This document shows positions 23,737 to 34,489 of a stretch of 54,138 nucleotides of DNA, piece after piece. The stretch is from Cladosporium halotolerans. Its lineage: Eukaryota. Made by a program: the position numbers and the translations under genes. The notes below the pieces were generated by a model. That model saw only the letters and a list, made by a program, of their open reading frames with translations. It was not told the DNA's origin and ran no database searches. Every line of letters begins with the position of its first letter. The stretch's first letter is position 1. The stretch covers positions 124,001 to 178,138 of the forward strand of contig NW_027191490.1 in the NCBI RefSeq assembly GCF_011745625.1. The letters run 5' to 3'.

Positions 23737-25284
23737 GGTTCCTTAGGGTTGTTGGAGAACTTGGTTACCGTTTGATACCTGTGGATCGTACGATGCGAGC
23801 ACCCGTTCTCGTGTGTAGGTGTGAGGAAAGACCTCGATCAATATGTAGCCTTGTATGTGGGTCTCAAGTCCTGTGGCTCAGGAATTGAAAATGACCATGT
23901 ATGTGCAGAATTAAACCCAATGAAGAGATTCTGGTGGTGATATAACCGAAAAATTGGTAGCTTTGCTAGAAAGTTCTTGTAGACTCACGGTTGGCCCTCT
24001 TTCGAACAAATGCCAGAAGTATCACAGGATATATACTCTTCAAGGCTTCGCCTTAGTGCTCGCCATCCAGAACGATCTTGCGGGCGCCAGCGGAGACTGG
24101 CGTTCTAGTACAAATTTCCCTTCAAGCCCGAGTAGCTTCATGATGGATATCACCCGGACTGAGTAACCATGGGAAATCAGATCCTTGGACGGGAATGAGT
24201 TTCACGTGGCCGCCAGCGTGGTCCATTAGCGAAGCCTTTTGGTCAAATCATGGGCAGTGGTAGATGATTCAAGAATAGGCTTTTTTCGTCTGCGGCCGAT
24301 TTTCATGCACCAGCGAGAAGAAGCATTCAGAACGGACTGTTTTGCTTACATTTGCACCGTGTTCGCGTCGAGTGTGCGTCGTCATTTCAGGCTCGGCGAA
24401 AGATCACTGCTAATGGTTCGCGAGAGTGACGTCTGAAGAATACGACATACGACCATGCTAATAATAATAGCCTCGGTACTTGCCTGGTCAGAGCCCTAGG
24501 ATGGACTATCGATTGCCCGCTATTCGTACCAGTGGAGAGACACGGCGACGGGAAGACGTAATTTCGATATTCGAAGCGAGAGACTGCGGCCTGCAGGAAG
24601 ACGCCGCAGACTTGGCGACCTGCCACAAGACAATAGCGTTTGCCAAGGCGTGCGGCTCTTGACGCCGCGGGACACAACACCACGACCACATCCCCCTATT
24701 GCTGCAGGCTATTGATCGGGAGGGAAACCCGCGCGGTCATCAACTGAGAAAGATGGGCCTCGAAGATGCGACAACCGCGCGCATAACAAGAAGACGTTGA
24801 CACGCTGTATCTCATCAACAAACCTCCTGGGGCTAATTCAGGTACTGCGCTTGTGACATCTCGCTACTGCAGCCCGGTGAAATTGTCGCTCCTTTTACTT
24901 CTGACGAACACGAGAAGCTCCAGCCACGCCAACCCAAATCCGCAGACATTGGCAACATTGCCATCTCGCATCGGTCCGGTATTCCTGGGCGCCTCGTGTC
25001 TGCCTCCAACGGCGGCCGCCGAGAGCAACGGCCCTCGCCAAAAGGATCAGGCCAGAGCCCTAGCGGAAGATCCGATTTGCTGCTGCCTCTACGACTTCAA
25101 CCCTTTTGGCAAGCTTGACGATAGCGCCGAGCTTCGCTACATGCGGACGAAACTGTGAAGATGGGACGCATGGCCTCGAGAAGTATGACCTGAAGGTAGC
25201 TTGCACAACTCTCCTTCCTCTGTTCCTCACCATTCTTTCTATTTTCCGTATTCTATTTCTTTAATACGTTCCTTACCGGGCATC

Positions 25285-27096
25285 ATGCACGCCCACACCA
25301 CTCTCGCTTTGTCCCTTTCGGTGGGTCTTGCGTCTGCCATTCCGGCGTGCAAGCTCGCCAATACCACCACCACCACCACGGTCCCGGCGTATGCCCTCCC
25401 GGAGGTTACTGTTGCTCCCCAGGAGAAGCAGATTGTCGACCTTCGCAGCCAGATCTCCTCTCTCAAGGAAGAGCTCTCCAGCCAGCTTGCGGTCTCCGCT
25501 ACTCAGTGCAATGCTCCGGCTGGAATGAGCCCGGCGGCGACACCGGCTAATGGACCCAAGGGCAACAAAGGCTGCCCCTCCGGCGACAACCCGTCTGCCA
25601 CCCACTCGGCTGTCAACTGGAGCTACTTCAAGACCGCTCACATGTCCCGCCTGCCTGCCACTTCCGCCGCCCCCTACCCTGCGGCATCTGACAGCGCCTC
25701 CAAGCCGGACGGCTACAGCAAGCCCGCCGACAACCATGAGCCCCACTTCTACTCCAAGCCCGAGGACTACAACACCAAGCCCACCTCGAGTGCGGCTGCT
25801 TCTTCGGCTGCTGAGTCCACCGAGGCTCCCTTCCCGTACACTTCTTACACCAACGGCACCGCCAGCCACTACCCCACCGGTAGCAGCTCTGCCCTGAGCA
25901 GCGGCGCCCTTTCCACCGGCGTGTCTCTTTCTACTTCGCAGACCGTCTCTTCTTCCAGCACCACCACCTCGCTTTCGCCCACCTACATTCCTCAGCTCTC
26001 TGACTACACTTCCGCTGAGATTGAGGGTGGTGATGCCCTTGAGGATGCCAGCAAGGTCGCTACCCAGCGCCTGCAGGAGCGCGAGCTCGACGGCAGCTGC
26101 ACCTTCGAGACTGCTCGCGTGCGCACTGAGTTCAGAAAGATGTCTAACGACGACCGCAAGAGCTTCACCGACGCCGTTCTGTGCCTGAAGCAGGTCCCCA
26201 CCTCGGTCGATCAGAGTGCGTACCCCGGTGTTCAGTCTCGCTACGACGAGTATGTCGCTACCCACATCAACATGACCATGAACATCCACGTGACTGCCGA
26301 CTTTCTCGCGTGGCACAGAAACTTCGTGGCACACTTCGAGGAGGATCTTATCAACCTCTGCGGCTACACTGGGTCGATGCCATACTGGGACTGGGCTCGT
26401 GATGCTTACGCGCCTCACGAGAGCGAGGTCTTCAACGGCGATGAGTTCTCTCTCGGCAGCGACGGTGTCTACGTCGGCGGCCGTGGCGATACCTACCTTG
26501 GCCTGATGGACGTCACTTTCCCTCCTGGCACTGGCGGTGGCTGTGTTCACTCTGGCCCCTTCTCCGAGGGCAACTTCGTCAGCACTCTCGGCCCGCTCGA
26601 CAGCCCGTACGGCGATAACGTTGCCAACTCTTACGACTACAACGAGCGCTGCCTGGTGCGTGATCTGAACGTGTTCTTCAGCAGCAGGTACAACACCTAC
26701 GCGAACGTCACCCAGCTTCTTCTCGGCCAGGATAACATCCAATTCTTCCAAGCCGAGATGCAAGGTTTCTATGGTGACAACAAGCTCGGCATCCACGGCG
26801 CCGGCCACTGGCTCGGAGGTGGCCCATCCCAGATGCAGGACTTCCACTCCTCGCCTAACGACCCGATCTTCTTCCTCCACCACGCCATGATCGACCGCGT
26901 CTGGGCTATCTGGCAGGCTCTCGACGTCGAGGAGCGCCAGCGTGCGATCTACGGCACTTCCACCCTGAACAACAGCCCGCCTAGCCCTGAGAAGCACCTG
27001 ACTGATAGCATTCCGTTTGGCTTTGTTGGCCAGAACGAGATCTTCGGTGATCTCATGGACACCATGGGTGGCAAGTACTGCTACCGCTACGAGTAA
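25285..27096 (+). CDS. Secreted tyrosinase/catechol oxidase with long Ser/Thr/Pro-rich N-terminal region
   Basis: Signal peptide; CuA site (ATHINMTMNIHVTADFLAWHR), PYWDW, CuB site (IHGAGH...SPNDPIFFLHH); ends CYRYE. Intronless. Confidence 0.93.
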   Translation: MHAHTTLALSLSVGLASAIPACKLANTTTTTTVPAYALPEVTVAPQEKQIVDLRSQISSLKEELSSQLAVSATQCNAPAGMSPAATPANGPKGNKGCPSGDNPSATHSAVNWSYFKTAHMSRLPATSAAPYPAASDSASKPDGYSKPADNHEPHFYSKPEDYNTKPTSSAAASSAAESTEAPFPYTSYTNGTASHYPTGSSSALSSGALSTGVSLSTSQTVSSSSTTTSLSPTYIPQLSDYTSAEIEGGDALEDASKVATQRLQERELDGSCTFETARVRTEFRKMSNDDRKSFTDAVLCLKQVPTSVDQSAYPGVQSRYDEYVATHINMTMNIHVTADFLAWHRNFVAHFEEDLINLCGYTGSMPYWDWARDAYAPHESEVFNGDEFSLGSDGVYVGGRGDTYLGLMDVTFPPGTGGGCVHSGPFSEGNFVSTLGPLDSPYGDNVANSYDYNERCLVRDLNVFFSSRYNTYANVTQLLLGQDNIQFFQAEMQGFYGDNKLGIHGAGHWLGGGPSQMQDFHSSPNDPIFFLHHAMIDRVWAIWQALDVEERQRAIYGTSTLNNSPPSPEKHLTDSIPFGFVGQNEIFGDLMDTMGGKYCYRYE

Positions 27097-27783
27097 GGGT
27101 CACCCTCCTTTGTGAGAGACGGTGTGGCAATAATTGAAGGATTTCGGATTTTCTGGTTGGCTCTGAACGCAAGCCTTGTCGAGTCTCAGTGGGCTTCCTG
27201 CAAAGAAGGTCTTTGCCCCAGTCTGGTCGCATATTTGGACTATGTGTTCTGTATATTAATCACAGATTCGACGTTCAAGTCGTAGATAGCGCGGAATTTT
27301 CTTCCAAGCCCAATTCTTAAACAGATTCATTCGAACTTGGATTCCACGACTCAGCTTTACTCAGAAAGGTCGCTCGATTCGAGAAGGCTCCAGTCCTTTT
27401 TCTACAACTCTTTTTCGCATTTCTCCCATGAAGCATAAACTGGCTGCCGTCAGATTCCGCTAATAGTGATTAGTTTGGGAAAGCATCCAAAATTCCAAGA
27501 TAGTGGTCAGTGACACGCTCATGACACCGCGTATGCAAGAGCTTGCGATGAGAATTCCAACCACAACGGACGCATCGTCGCACCTGCGCATCCATGGTGT
27601 AGCACTGGTACTAATCGTTGATACATAGAGGCGCGGCTGTGGCTGAGCGGCTTGTGTCCCTTGAGGCAGGCAGCAGGTAAAAAGCATGAAAACCCCCTTG
27701 TTGATGCATGCGCCATGCAGTTATCCATACCAAGCAGCTTGGCTTCCTTCATAATCACGGTTGTCTTGAAAGATGATCTCAAC

Positions 27784-28605
27784 ATGAGCTTTGGATTCTC
27801 ACTAAACGATGACTTTGCGATAGCAGCGCTCACCAAACAAACGTACGATCGTTGGCAGCAGGCACCTGGAGAGTATGAAGACGTCGTTCAGACCCTCCAG
27901 CAACGCGAAATGCTCATTCAACATATACACTATCGCTTCGACGCCCTCGCCGTCTCGTGCGCTGGCCCAGTGAGTCGGTACGAGATGAACGTCTCGTTGC
28001 AAGGGTGCACAAGCGCTGTGAAAGACCTTCAATCAAATGCGAATGCTGGCCAGAAGCAAACACATTGGGACAAGATCAAGATAGGATCGAGCAATGTCGA
28101 AGAAGCCAAAATTCGCCTTGCTCGGCATATCGGGATTCTCTCGCCGTCGCCTCTTTCCTTGGAGATGGAGTCGATCAGCATAGAAAACGGCGCGCTTTCT
28201 GAAGCTATGCATAGGCTACCGGAGGTCATCGAGGACGCACTGCCCATTGCAATCGGTAAGATTATGGATGCGAGGTTGCAAAAACCACGCACACGCACAC
28301 CGACGAGCTCGCCAATGACCAATTACGGGGATGATGACAAGCACGCTTATAGAGAACTCCGGCGACAATTGCGGGCCTTCGGTATCAGAGACACCGCGAT
28401 TTGCGAGCGAAAAGAACGGCTTGTTGAAGCTGTTCGGTCTGTTTGCGAAACTCATGGCCTTTCATCGAGCGTGGTTGATGAGGAGCCTGGGGATCCAGCT
28501 CATCCGGAGGCAAGATTGCAGGCATTGTTGGACAACATCGAAAGACGAAAGCTCGACGAGGAATACTACATTGCGGATGTAGCACTTTCGTGCCACTCTC
28601 GCTAA
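27784..28605 (+). CDS. Fungal N-terminal (HeLo-like/STAND-associated) domain protein, possibly truncated
   Basis: MSFGFSLNDDFAIA...YDRWQQAPGEY resembles the MSFGFSVGDF...APxEF family start; DDDKHAYRELRRQL motif. The same frame stays open to 28842 after the TAA. Confidence 0.6.
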   Translation: MSFGFSLNDDFAIAALTKQTYDRWQQAPGEYEDVVQTLQQREMLIQHIHYRFDALAVSCAGPVSRYEMNVSLQGCTSAVKDLQSNANAGQKQTHWDKIKIGSSNVEEAKIRLARHIGILSPSPLSLEMESISIENGALSEAMHRLPEVIEDALPIAIGKIMDARLQKPRTRTPTSSPMTNYGDDDKHAYRELRRQLRAFGIRDTAICERKERLVEAVRSVCETHGLSSSVVDEEPGDPAHPEARLQALLDNIERRKLDEEYYIADVALSCHSR

Positions 28606-29708
28606 TATCCACGATACCCATTGGAGGTGATCTTCACATATCAGGGCCCTTCTATACCTTTTCCTCAGATCGAAGAAGGTCGGAAGGGGGTTATCGAGGC
28701 TACTGCTGATGGGGCGTCTGACGAACGCTGGAATGATGGATGCAAACCAATACTGGTCCCCAAAAAAGTGTTTTCAGGCAGCGCGAAATCTGATTCCAAG
28801 AGCAGTCTGCCGCATACGGAAAGTCGCTCTGCAAAGCAATGAGCATCTGAGAAAAGTAAATTTCTCTGGCACCCTATCTTTACCACTGCTCTCAGCTGGA
28901 AGATGGGATCTTGCGCCATGTGCGAAAGCTACAACATTAGCGCCTAGAAGTGGGGATGGATGGCTGTCGCGAGTGCCAGACTAGATGTGTTCTTTGTAGG
29001 AACGGGGAACGTCAACTAGCTTTGTTCTGCAATGTTGGCGGCAGAGGGCGTTGGCAAAATTATACCATCTTCGCTAGACGAGGTGATGGGTACTGCGAAC
29101 AGTTCCACAACCAAACATGGTGCCACCAGATAGTATTCGTTGTCATTAGTGTAGTTTCATCAAGAGACATGGGCGAACATGTAAAAGCGAAGTGTGGTTG
29201 ATCGTGTGTTCGGTCATTTTAGCACCTGGCATAGCCGACTCATTTATTCATAATCTCGCAGGCAATTTTCAACGATATGCAGTTTCTGTTGAGTCAGTAC
29301 CACCTGGTGTATAATGGTTGTTCTGGTGAAGCGAGAGAAGTGTGCTGCGGTGTTGTTCGGCGACAGCCAAGGCAGCTCTCTCGCAGACGGCATCTTGGCC
29401 CGCCTCGGCGACGGAGCGCTCCAGCGTGGCGCTGCGTGGAGGAGGTCGGCAGCCCTGCGCGCTCATCAGGGTGAAGCCCCGGCCAGCCTGACGATCCGGA
29501 GGACTAGAACCGGAATCACTTGCAACTTCGCGTGCAAACCATCCAAACACCTGGAAACCCATCCCTACCGCCACTGGACCCTTAGACCATCCCATCTGGA
29601 CGCACACCCTGCAAACAACAGCCATGACATAATCGCCCTCTGCTATCACCACTTCCCACTACATCCCGACCTCAGCTCCAGCCCTCGCGGCTCTTGAACG
29701 CTCCGAGA

Positions 29709-32489
29709 ATGGGCGTTCCAGTTGAGATCGAAGACAACCGATACGCCAATGCGCCTATCCCCTCGTACGAAGAAGCCGTCGCGCAGCACGGCCGCGGCCC
29801 TACGGAAGTCAGCGATGATGCCGAGCGACAAGGTCTGCTCGGTGCGAGCAGCAGCAGCAGCCATGCCGACTCTCGAACGCGAGCTGGCGGGTACCGCGCG
29901 CCCACAGTGGAGTCGGCGCGGTCCAGCATAGAGTCGGATCTCAGTGTGCCTGAGATGGTAGAGGACGGCGAGGGAGCGCGGCGGCAGGTGGAAGAATTCG
30001 ATTACATGGAGCCTGGGGAGAGCGAGGGCGGAAATCGAGGGCAGGCGAGATTGTATCATCGCGCGAGATTACGGAGCAAGATATCGCAGGGATTGACGAA
30101 TCTCTCGGCGACGCTGTCGGCGATCCGATTACCTTCGTTCCGATCATTCTACTCGCCTGTCCCTGCCACGGATGGGGACGCGGCAGAAGCGCAGCCGACG
30201 ACCAGCTCTCGTTTCAGCAGATTACGGGAAAGTGTGCGGTTGCCGGAGGGTCTCAGCATGGGTGCGGCGAACTTTGCGCGACTGTTCGGCCTCTTCACGA
30301 TCTTCGCGCTGGTCTGGGTGCTCTTCGCCATGGACATCTTCCCTTCCAGCATGTCGCGGATGGGCATGCATTTTGATCCGGAATCTGTGCGGAGCTACGT
30401 CCAAGACCACCTAGACGTGCAGAACATCGAGGAAGCATTACGGCATATCACATCGTTCGACCACGTTGCTGGAACGGAAGGCGATCTGTACCTGGCGCGT
30501 TGGATGGAAGAGAAGTGGATTAAGGAGGGCATGTTTGACGATATCAAGCTATGGTCGTACTTCGTGTACCTCAATTATCCGACGAAAGACGGTAGGAGCG
30601 TGGAGATTGTGAGCCCTGAAACAAGCAGGTGGAAGGCTGCGGTGGAGGAGAACGACGTTTCGCCTGCGACTCCGAACCGAGCGCAAACGCTGGCCTGGCA
30701 TGGTCACAGTAAGAGTGGCGAGGTTGAGGGTCCCTTGGTATACGCAAACGGAGGGAGCCGGGAGGACTTCAAGCACTTGAGCACGCATGGGGTTGAGCTC
30801 AATGGCACGATCGCGCTTGTACGCTATCACATCTCACAGGAAGAGCCGGGATTGAAGATCAAAGCGGCGCAGGATGCTGGGTGTGTTGGTGTGATCATGT
30901 ACTCGGATCCCGCAGTGGATGGCGCGGGTAAAGGAGAAATCTGGCCAGCAGGCCCGTGGCGGCCTACCGATGCTGTTGAGCGTGAGTCTGTCAGCCTGGT
31001 GAGCTGGGTTATTGGAGATCCGTTGACTCCTGGCTGGGCGAGTAATGAAGGAGCCAAGCGCGTAGACGTGGAGGACAACCCTCGACTGGTCAGCATTCCA
31101 AGCTTGCCGATAGGGTGGAGGGACGCAGAGCCATTGTTGAAAGCCCTCCAAGGCCATGGCTTGAATGTGCCCGAAAAATGGGTGGGTGGGCCTCCTGGAT
31201 TCGCAAGCCGATGGGCATCTGGAAACGCTTCCAATGATGCGCCAGTGGTTCACCTGAAGAATCTCAACGACGAATCGACGCATCAGAAGATCTGGAATCT
31301 CCATGGACTCATTCAGGGCATTGAGACGCCAAACAAGAAGATCGTCATCGGCAATCATCGAGATTCGTGGTGCTTCGGCTCCGTAGACGCTGGTTCTGGT
31401 TCCGCAGTGATGATGGAGCTGGTGAGGATATTCGGCGAACTTCGCAAGCTTGGCTGGAGGCCGCTGCGTACCATCGAATTTGCCAGCTGGGATGCTGGTG
31501 AGTTCAACATGATGGGAAGCACCGAGTATGTCGAGGACAACGTCGAGTATCTCCGCGGCAATGCAATTGCCTACCTGAATGTCGGAGCCGGTGTTTTTGG
31601 CTCCAACTTCCGCGCGGGAGGAAGCCCGGCATGGGAACGTTCGCTTCTCCGGGTCCTTGACCGTGTCACCGATCCAAACACCAACAACTCCATCAAGCAG
31701 CTGTGGGAGCAAAGCAAAACCCGAATGCAGGGTTTGGGCGCTGAAGGTGACTATGTAGCCTTCCAAGACATCGCGGGAACTTCCAGCATCGATTTCGGAT
31801 TCGAGGGTCCCAAAAACGGCTATCCAGCGCACTCCTGCTATGAGACAATGGAATGGATGTCCAAGTTTGGCGACCCGAACGGACTCCCTTACCATCTAGC
31901 TCTGGCTCAAATCTGGGCGCTCCTCATCCTCGATGTTGCTGATCGTCCGCTGCTACCGTACGACTTGAACCATTACGCCGATTCTATTTCTGGCTACATC
32001 GAAAGCTTGCGCACCGATGCGCAGATTACTTGGACAACATCTGCTGGGAAGCCCAGCAGCAAGCTCACAAGCGCGACACTCGACTTCAAGCCTCTCGAAG
32101 ACGCTACCGCAAGCCTAAAAGACGCAACATCGAAGTTCCACGAATTTGAAGATACCTGGACACGCCAGGTCCTCGGACGCGGCGGGCTCGAAACCAACGC
32201 GTATACCTTCCGACGCCTCGACTACAATGACCGCATCACCAACTTCGAATCAGACCTCCTTGACCTGCCCGACCCGGACGCCCACAAGGCCAAGGGTAGG
32301 AAATACGGCATTCCGGGCCGAGAGCAATACAAGCACGTCCTCCACGGTCCGCAAGAATGGCGCGTGGCCGATGAAGCTTTCCCTGCAATTAGAAGCAAGC
32401 TGGCTGCCAGAGACTTTGAGGGTGCTCAGGAGATGGTCAACATTGCTGCCGATCGGATACGGAAGGCCGGCGAGAATCTGGTGAAGTGA
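29709..32489 (+). CDS. Transferrin-receptor-like / glutamate carboxypeptidase II family membrane protein (Tre1/Tre2-like)
   Basis: PIPSYEEA motif, one TM segment, HVAGT, PA domain (VYANGG, YSDP, GDPLTPGW), M28 domain (GNHRDSW) and TfR dimerisation tail (YKHVLHGP). Confidence 0.9.
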   Translation: MGVPVEIEDNRYANAPIPSYEEAVAQHGRGPTEVSDDAERQGLLGASSSSSHADSRTRAGGYRAPTVESARSSIESDLSVPEMVEDGEGARRQVEEFDYMEPGESEGGNRGQARLYHRARLRSKISQGLTNLSATLSAIRLPSFRSFYSPVPATDGDAAEAQPTTSSRFSRLRESVRLPEGLSMGAANFARLFGLFTIFALVWVLFAMDIFPSSMSRMGMHFDPESVRSYVQDHLDVQNIEEALRHITSFDHVAGTEGDLYLARWMEEKWIKEGMFDDIKLWSYFVYLNYPTKDGRSVEIVSPETSRWKAAVEENDVSPATPNRAQTLAWHGHSKSGEVEGPLVYANGGSREDFKHLSTHGVELNGTIALVRYHISQEEPGLKIKAAQDAGCVGVIMYSDPAVDGAGKGEIWPAGPWRPTDAVERESVSLVSWVIGDPLTPGWASNEGAKRVDVEDNPRLVSIPSLPIGWRDAEPLLKALQGHGLNVPEKWVGGPPGFASRWASGNASNDAPVVHLKNLNDESTHQKIWNLHGLIQGIETPNKKIVIGNHRDSWCFGSVDAGSGSAVMMELVRIFGELRKLGWRPLRTIEFASWDAGEFNMMGSTEYVEDNVEYLRGNAIAYLNVGAGVFGSNFRAGGSPAWERSLLRVLDRVTDPNTNNSIKQLWEQSKTRMQGLGAEGDYVAFQDIAGTSSIDFGFEGPKNGYPAHSCYETMEWMSKFGDPNGLPYHLALAQIWALLILDVADRPLLPYDLNHYADSISGYIESLRTDAQITWTTSAGKPSSKLTSATLDFKPLEDATASLKDATSKFHEFEDTWTRQVLGRGGLETNAYTFRRLDYNDRITNFESDLLDLPDPDAHKAKGRKYGIPGREQYKHVLHGPQEWRVADEAFPAIRSKLAARDFEGAQEMVNIAADRIRKAGENLVK

Positions 32490-33429
32490 GGAGCGTGCTT
32501 CTTCTTTTTTTCTTTTCGTCCCTCCCACAAGCCGGGGCAGGCCATCTCATGTGTGCATATGTGTTCAATATCTGGCAAGGCGTTTGGGGAAATCGGCAAG
32601 CGTGAGATATCCGCGTTGGGAATAGGATCTCGTAGAGTATTGTAAATGTCGGCATAGCAACTTCAGCTTTCTTCCTATGATAACAGCGATCAGTGCTCTC
32701 AACAACCCGTGCTGCGTCACGGTGCAGACAGCATGACGTTAATTATATCGCTTTCCCGACATCGAGGATGGTGCAGACCGGTAGGAGTGAGCACATGTCT
32801 TGCGTGAGCCACGTGAAATCCCACGAGCTGGGCAGCCAACGGCAACGTAGATCCGGCTCAGCGGGCAGACACTTCGGTCAACGGCTGATGCTTTCTGGTG
32901 ATCCGATGTGTGTATACTGTTGGCCAAGACGAATGATTCGCGGACGTCGCTGCAGTCACCACATGTTGGCTTATATCAGGTATGCTATAGGAAGGCGTTG
33001 GCAGCTCATTGGGCCATTCCAAGACGGTGAACAAGCGCCGGCTCGTCACTGCGACCGGTCGTGCATGACAAAATGTTCGAAGCTCACGTTTTTTAGTTGT
33101 TGTCGATCTTGCCGGAAAAAGAGGGTGCATCAACCGCTTTCGGGATGGCAGATCATCGAGTGTCGATCATGTCAATGCGGCCCCAGTGACGGCTCCACAG
33201 AGGATCCTGCAAGCCATCACACCCGGGATCTGGAAGCGCTATGTATGTAGGTACCATGCAGTGGGATCCAGGTACGGTCATCCTCCGGAGGACTTATCCA
33301 CGCTATTGGCAAGCACCATGACTTCAACTTATTAAGGTGGTCCTCTGCGACCATTTTGAAGGCTTGTGCTTCATCTTCTTACGACTGCCGCTTCCTGATC
33401 ATTTCGCTACCCACTTTCAATCAATAACA

Positions 33430-34299
33430 ATGTTTGCGAAACTTTTGCCACTCGTATCATCGCTTGCCCTGCTGGGTACTGTCGTTCAATCAGCTCCCAT
33501 CAGCCGCAGAATTACACACAACGGTTTCAGCTGCCGCAGCGACGCCCACCCGAACCCGGTCGTGCTATTCCACGGACTCGGAGCAACCTACTACGAAGAC
33601 ATCAACCTGCTAGAGGCCAACCTGCAGAGCAAAGGCTTCTGCACCTTCAGCATAACCTACGGCGAATACGACCTCTTCCCTCTCGTCGGCGGACTCAAAG
33701 CCATCGCCGATTCCTCCATCGAGCTCGCAGACTTCGTGAAAGAAGTCCACGCGAAGACCGGCGCCTCCAAAGTTGACCTTGTGGGCCACTCAGAAGGCGC
33801 CTTCCAGACTCTCTACGTGACAAAATTCGGCGGCGTCAGCGACATCGTGCAGCGGGTGTTCGCTATCGCACCCCCAACCCATGGCACCAGCTTCGCAGGC
33901 CTCAACAACATCACCGACATCGCGAGCCAGGTGACCAAGCCCACGCTGGCAGCTGCATTGCAGACCTTCGGCTGCCCAGCCTGCTCCGATCTGCTGCCCA
34001 ACGGCACGGCCGTGGAGAAGCTCAACGAAGGGCCCATCGCGCAGGAAGGAGTGAGCTACACGATCCTGACGTCGGAGTACGACGAGCTGGTGACGCCGAC
34101 GACAACGTCGTTTGTGCGCGAGGAAGGCGTACGGAATCTGTACGTGCAGGACTTCTGTCCCGCCGACACGGTGGGCCACATTGGCGAGACGTACGATGCG
34201 AATGTCTGGACATTGGTGTCGAACACGCTGCAGGATGATTTCTCTGGGCCGGAGAAGTGCGTGATTGGACCTAGTGAGAGCGAGACTGGGTCTTCTTGA
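33430..34299 (+). CDS. Secreted lipase/esterase (Lipase_2-like alpha/beta hydrolase)
   Basis: Signal peptide; PVVLFHG, KVDLVGHSEG, PPTHGT, DELVTP and CPADTVGH motifs. Confidence 0.9.
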   Translation: MFAKLLPLVSSLALLGTVVQSAPISRRITHNGFSCRSDAHPNPVVLFHGLGATYYEDINLLEANLQSKGFCTFSITYGEYDLFPLVGGLKAIADSSIELADFVKEVHAKTGASKVDLVGHSEGAFQTLYVTKFGGVSDIVQRVFAIAPPTHGTSFAGLNNITDIASQVTKPTLAAALQTFGCPACSDLLPNGTAVEKLNEGPIAQEGVSYTILTSEYDELVTPTTTSFVREEGVRNLYVQDFCPADTVGHIGETYDANVWTLVSNTLQDDFSGPEKCVIGPSESETGSS

Positions 34300-34489
34300 T
34301 GGTGATGTGTCGATGGTAGACTGGTGTTGGGCATTTCATAGAGCAATGTAGCGACTTCTTAATGATGGATGACAAATGTTTTTCGTACCCAAAAAAACTA
34401 CTCTATTTGAAAGCTTCAGTTTGAGCGTATGTTACAAATCATCCACGTTGGTATTAGAGTGGGAAAGCTGGGTATGAGTTCGTTCGAAT

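Noticed and set aside
24480..24700. Short protein-like ORF (EDVISIFEARDCGLQED)
   Set aside because: Too short, with no family recognised and no supporting exons.
25273..26997. 574-aa minus-strand ORF
   Set aside because: Antisense shadow of the strongly codon-biased tyrosinase gene; no motifs.
30834..31895. 353-aa minus-strand ORF
   Set aside because: Lies wholly within the Tre-like gene on the opposite strand; no recognisable features.
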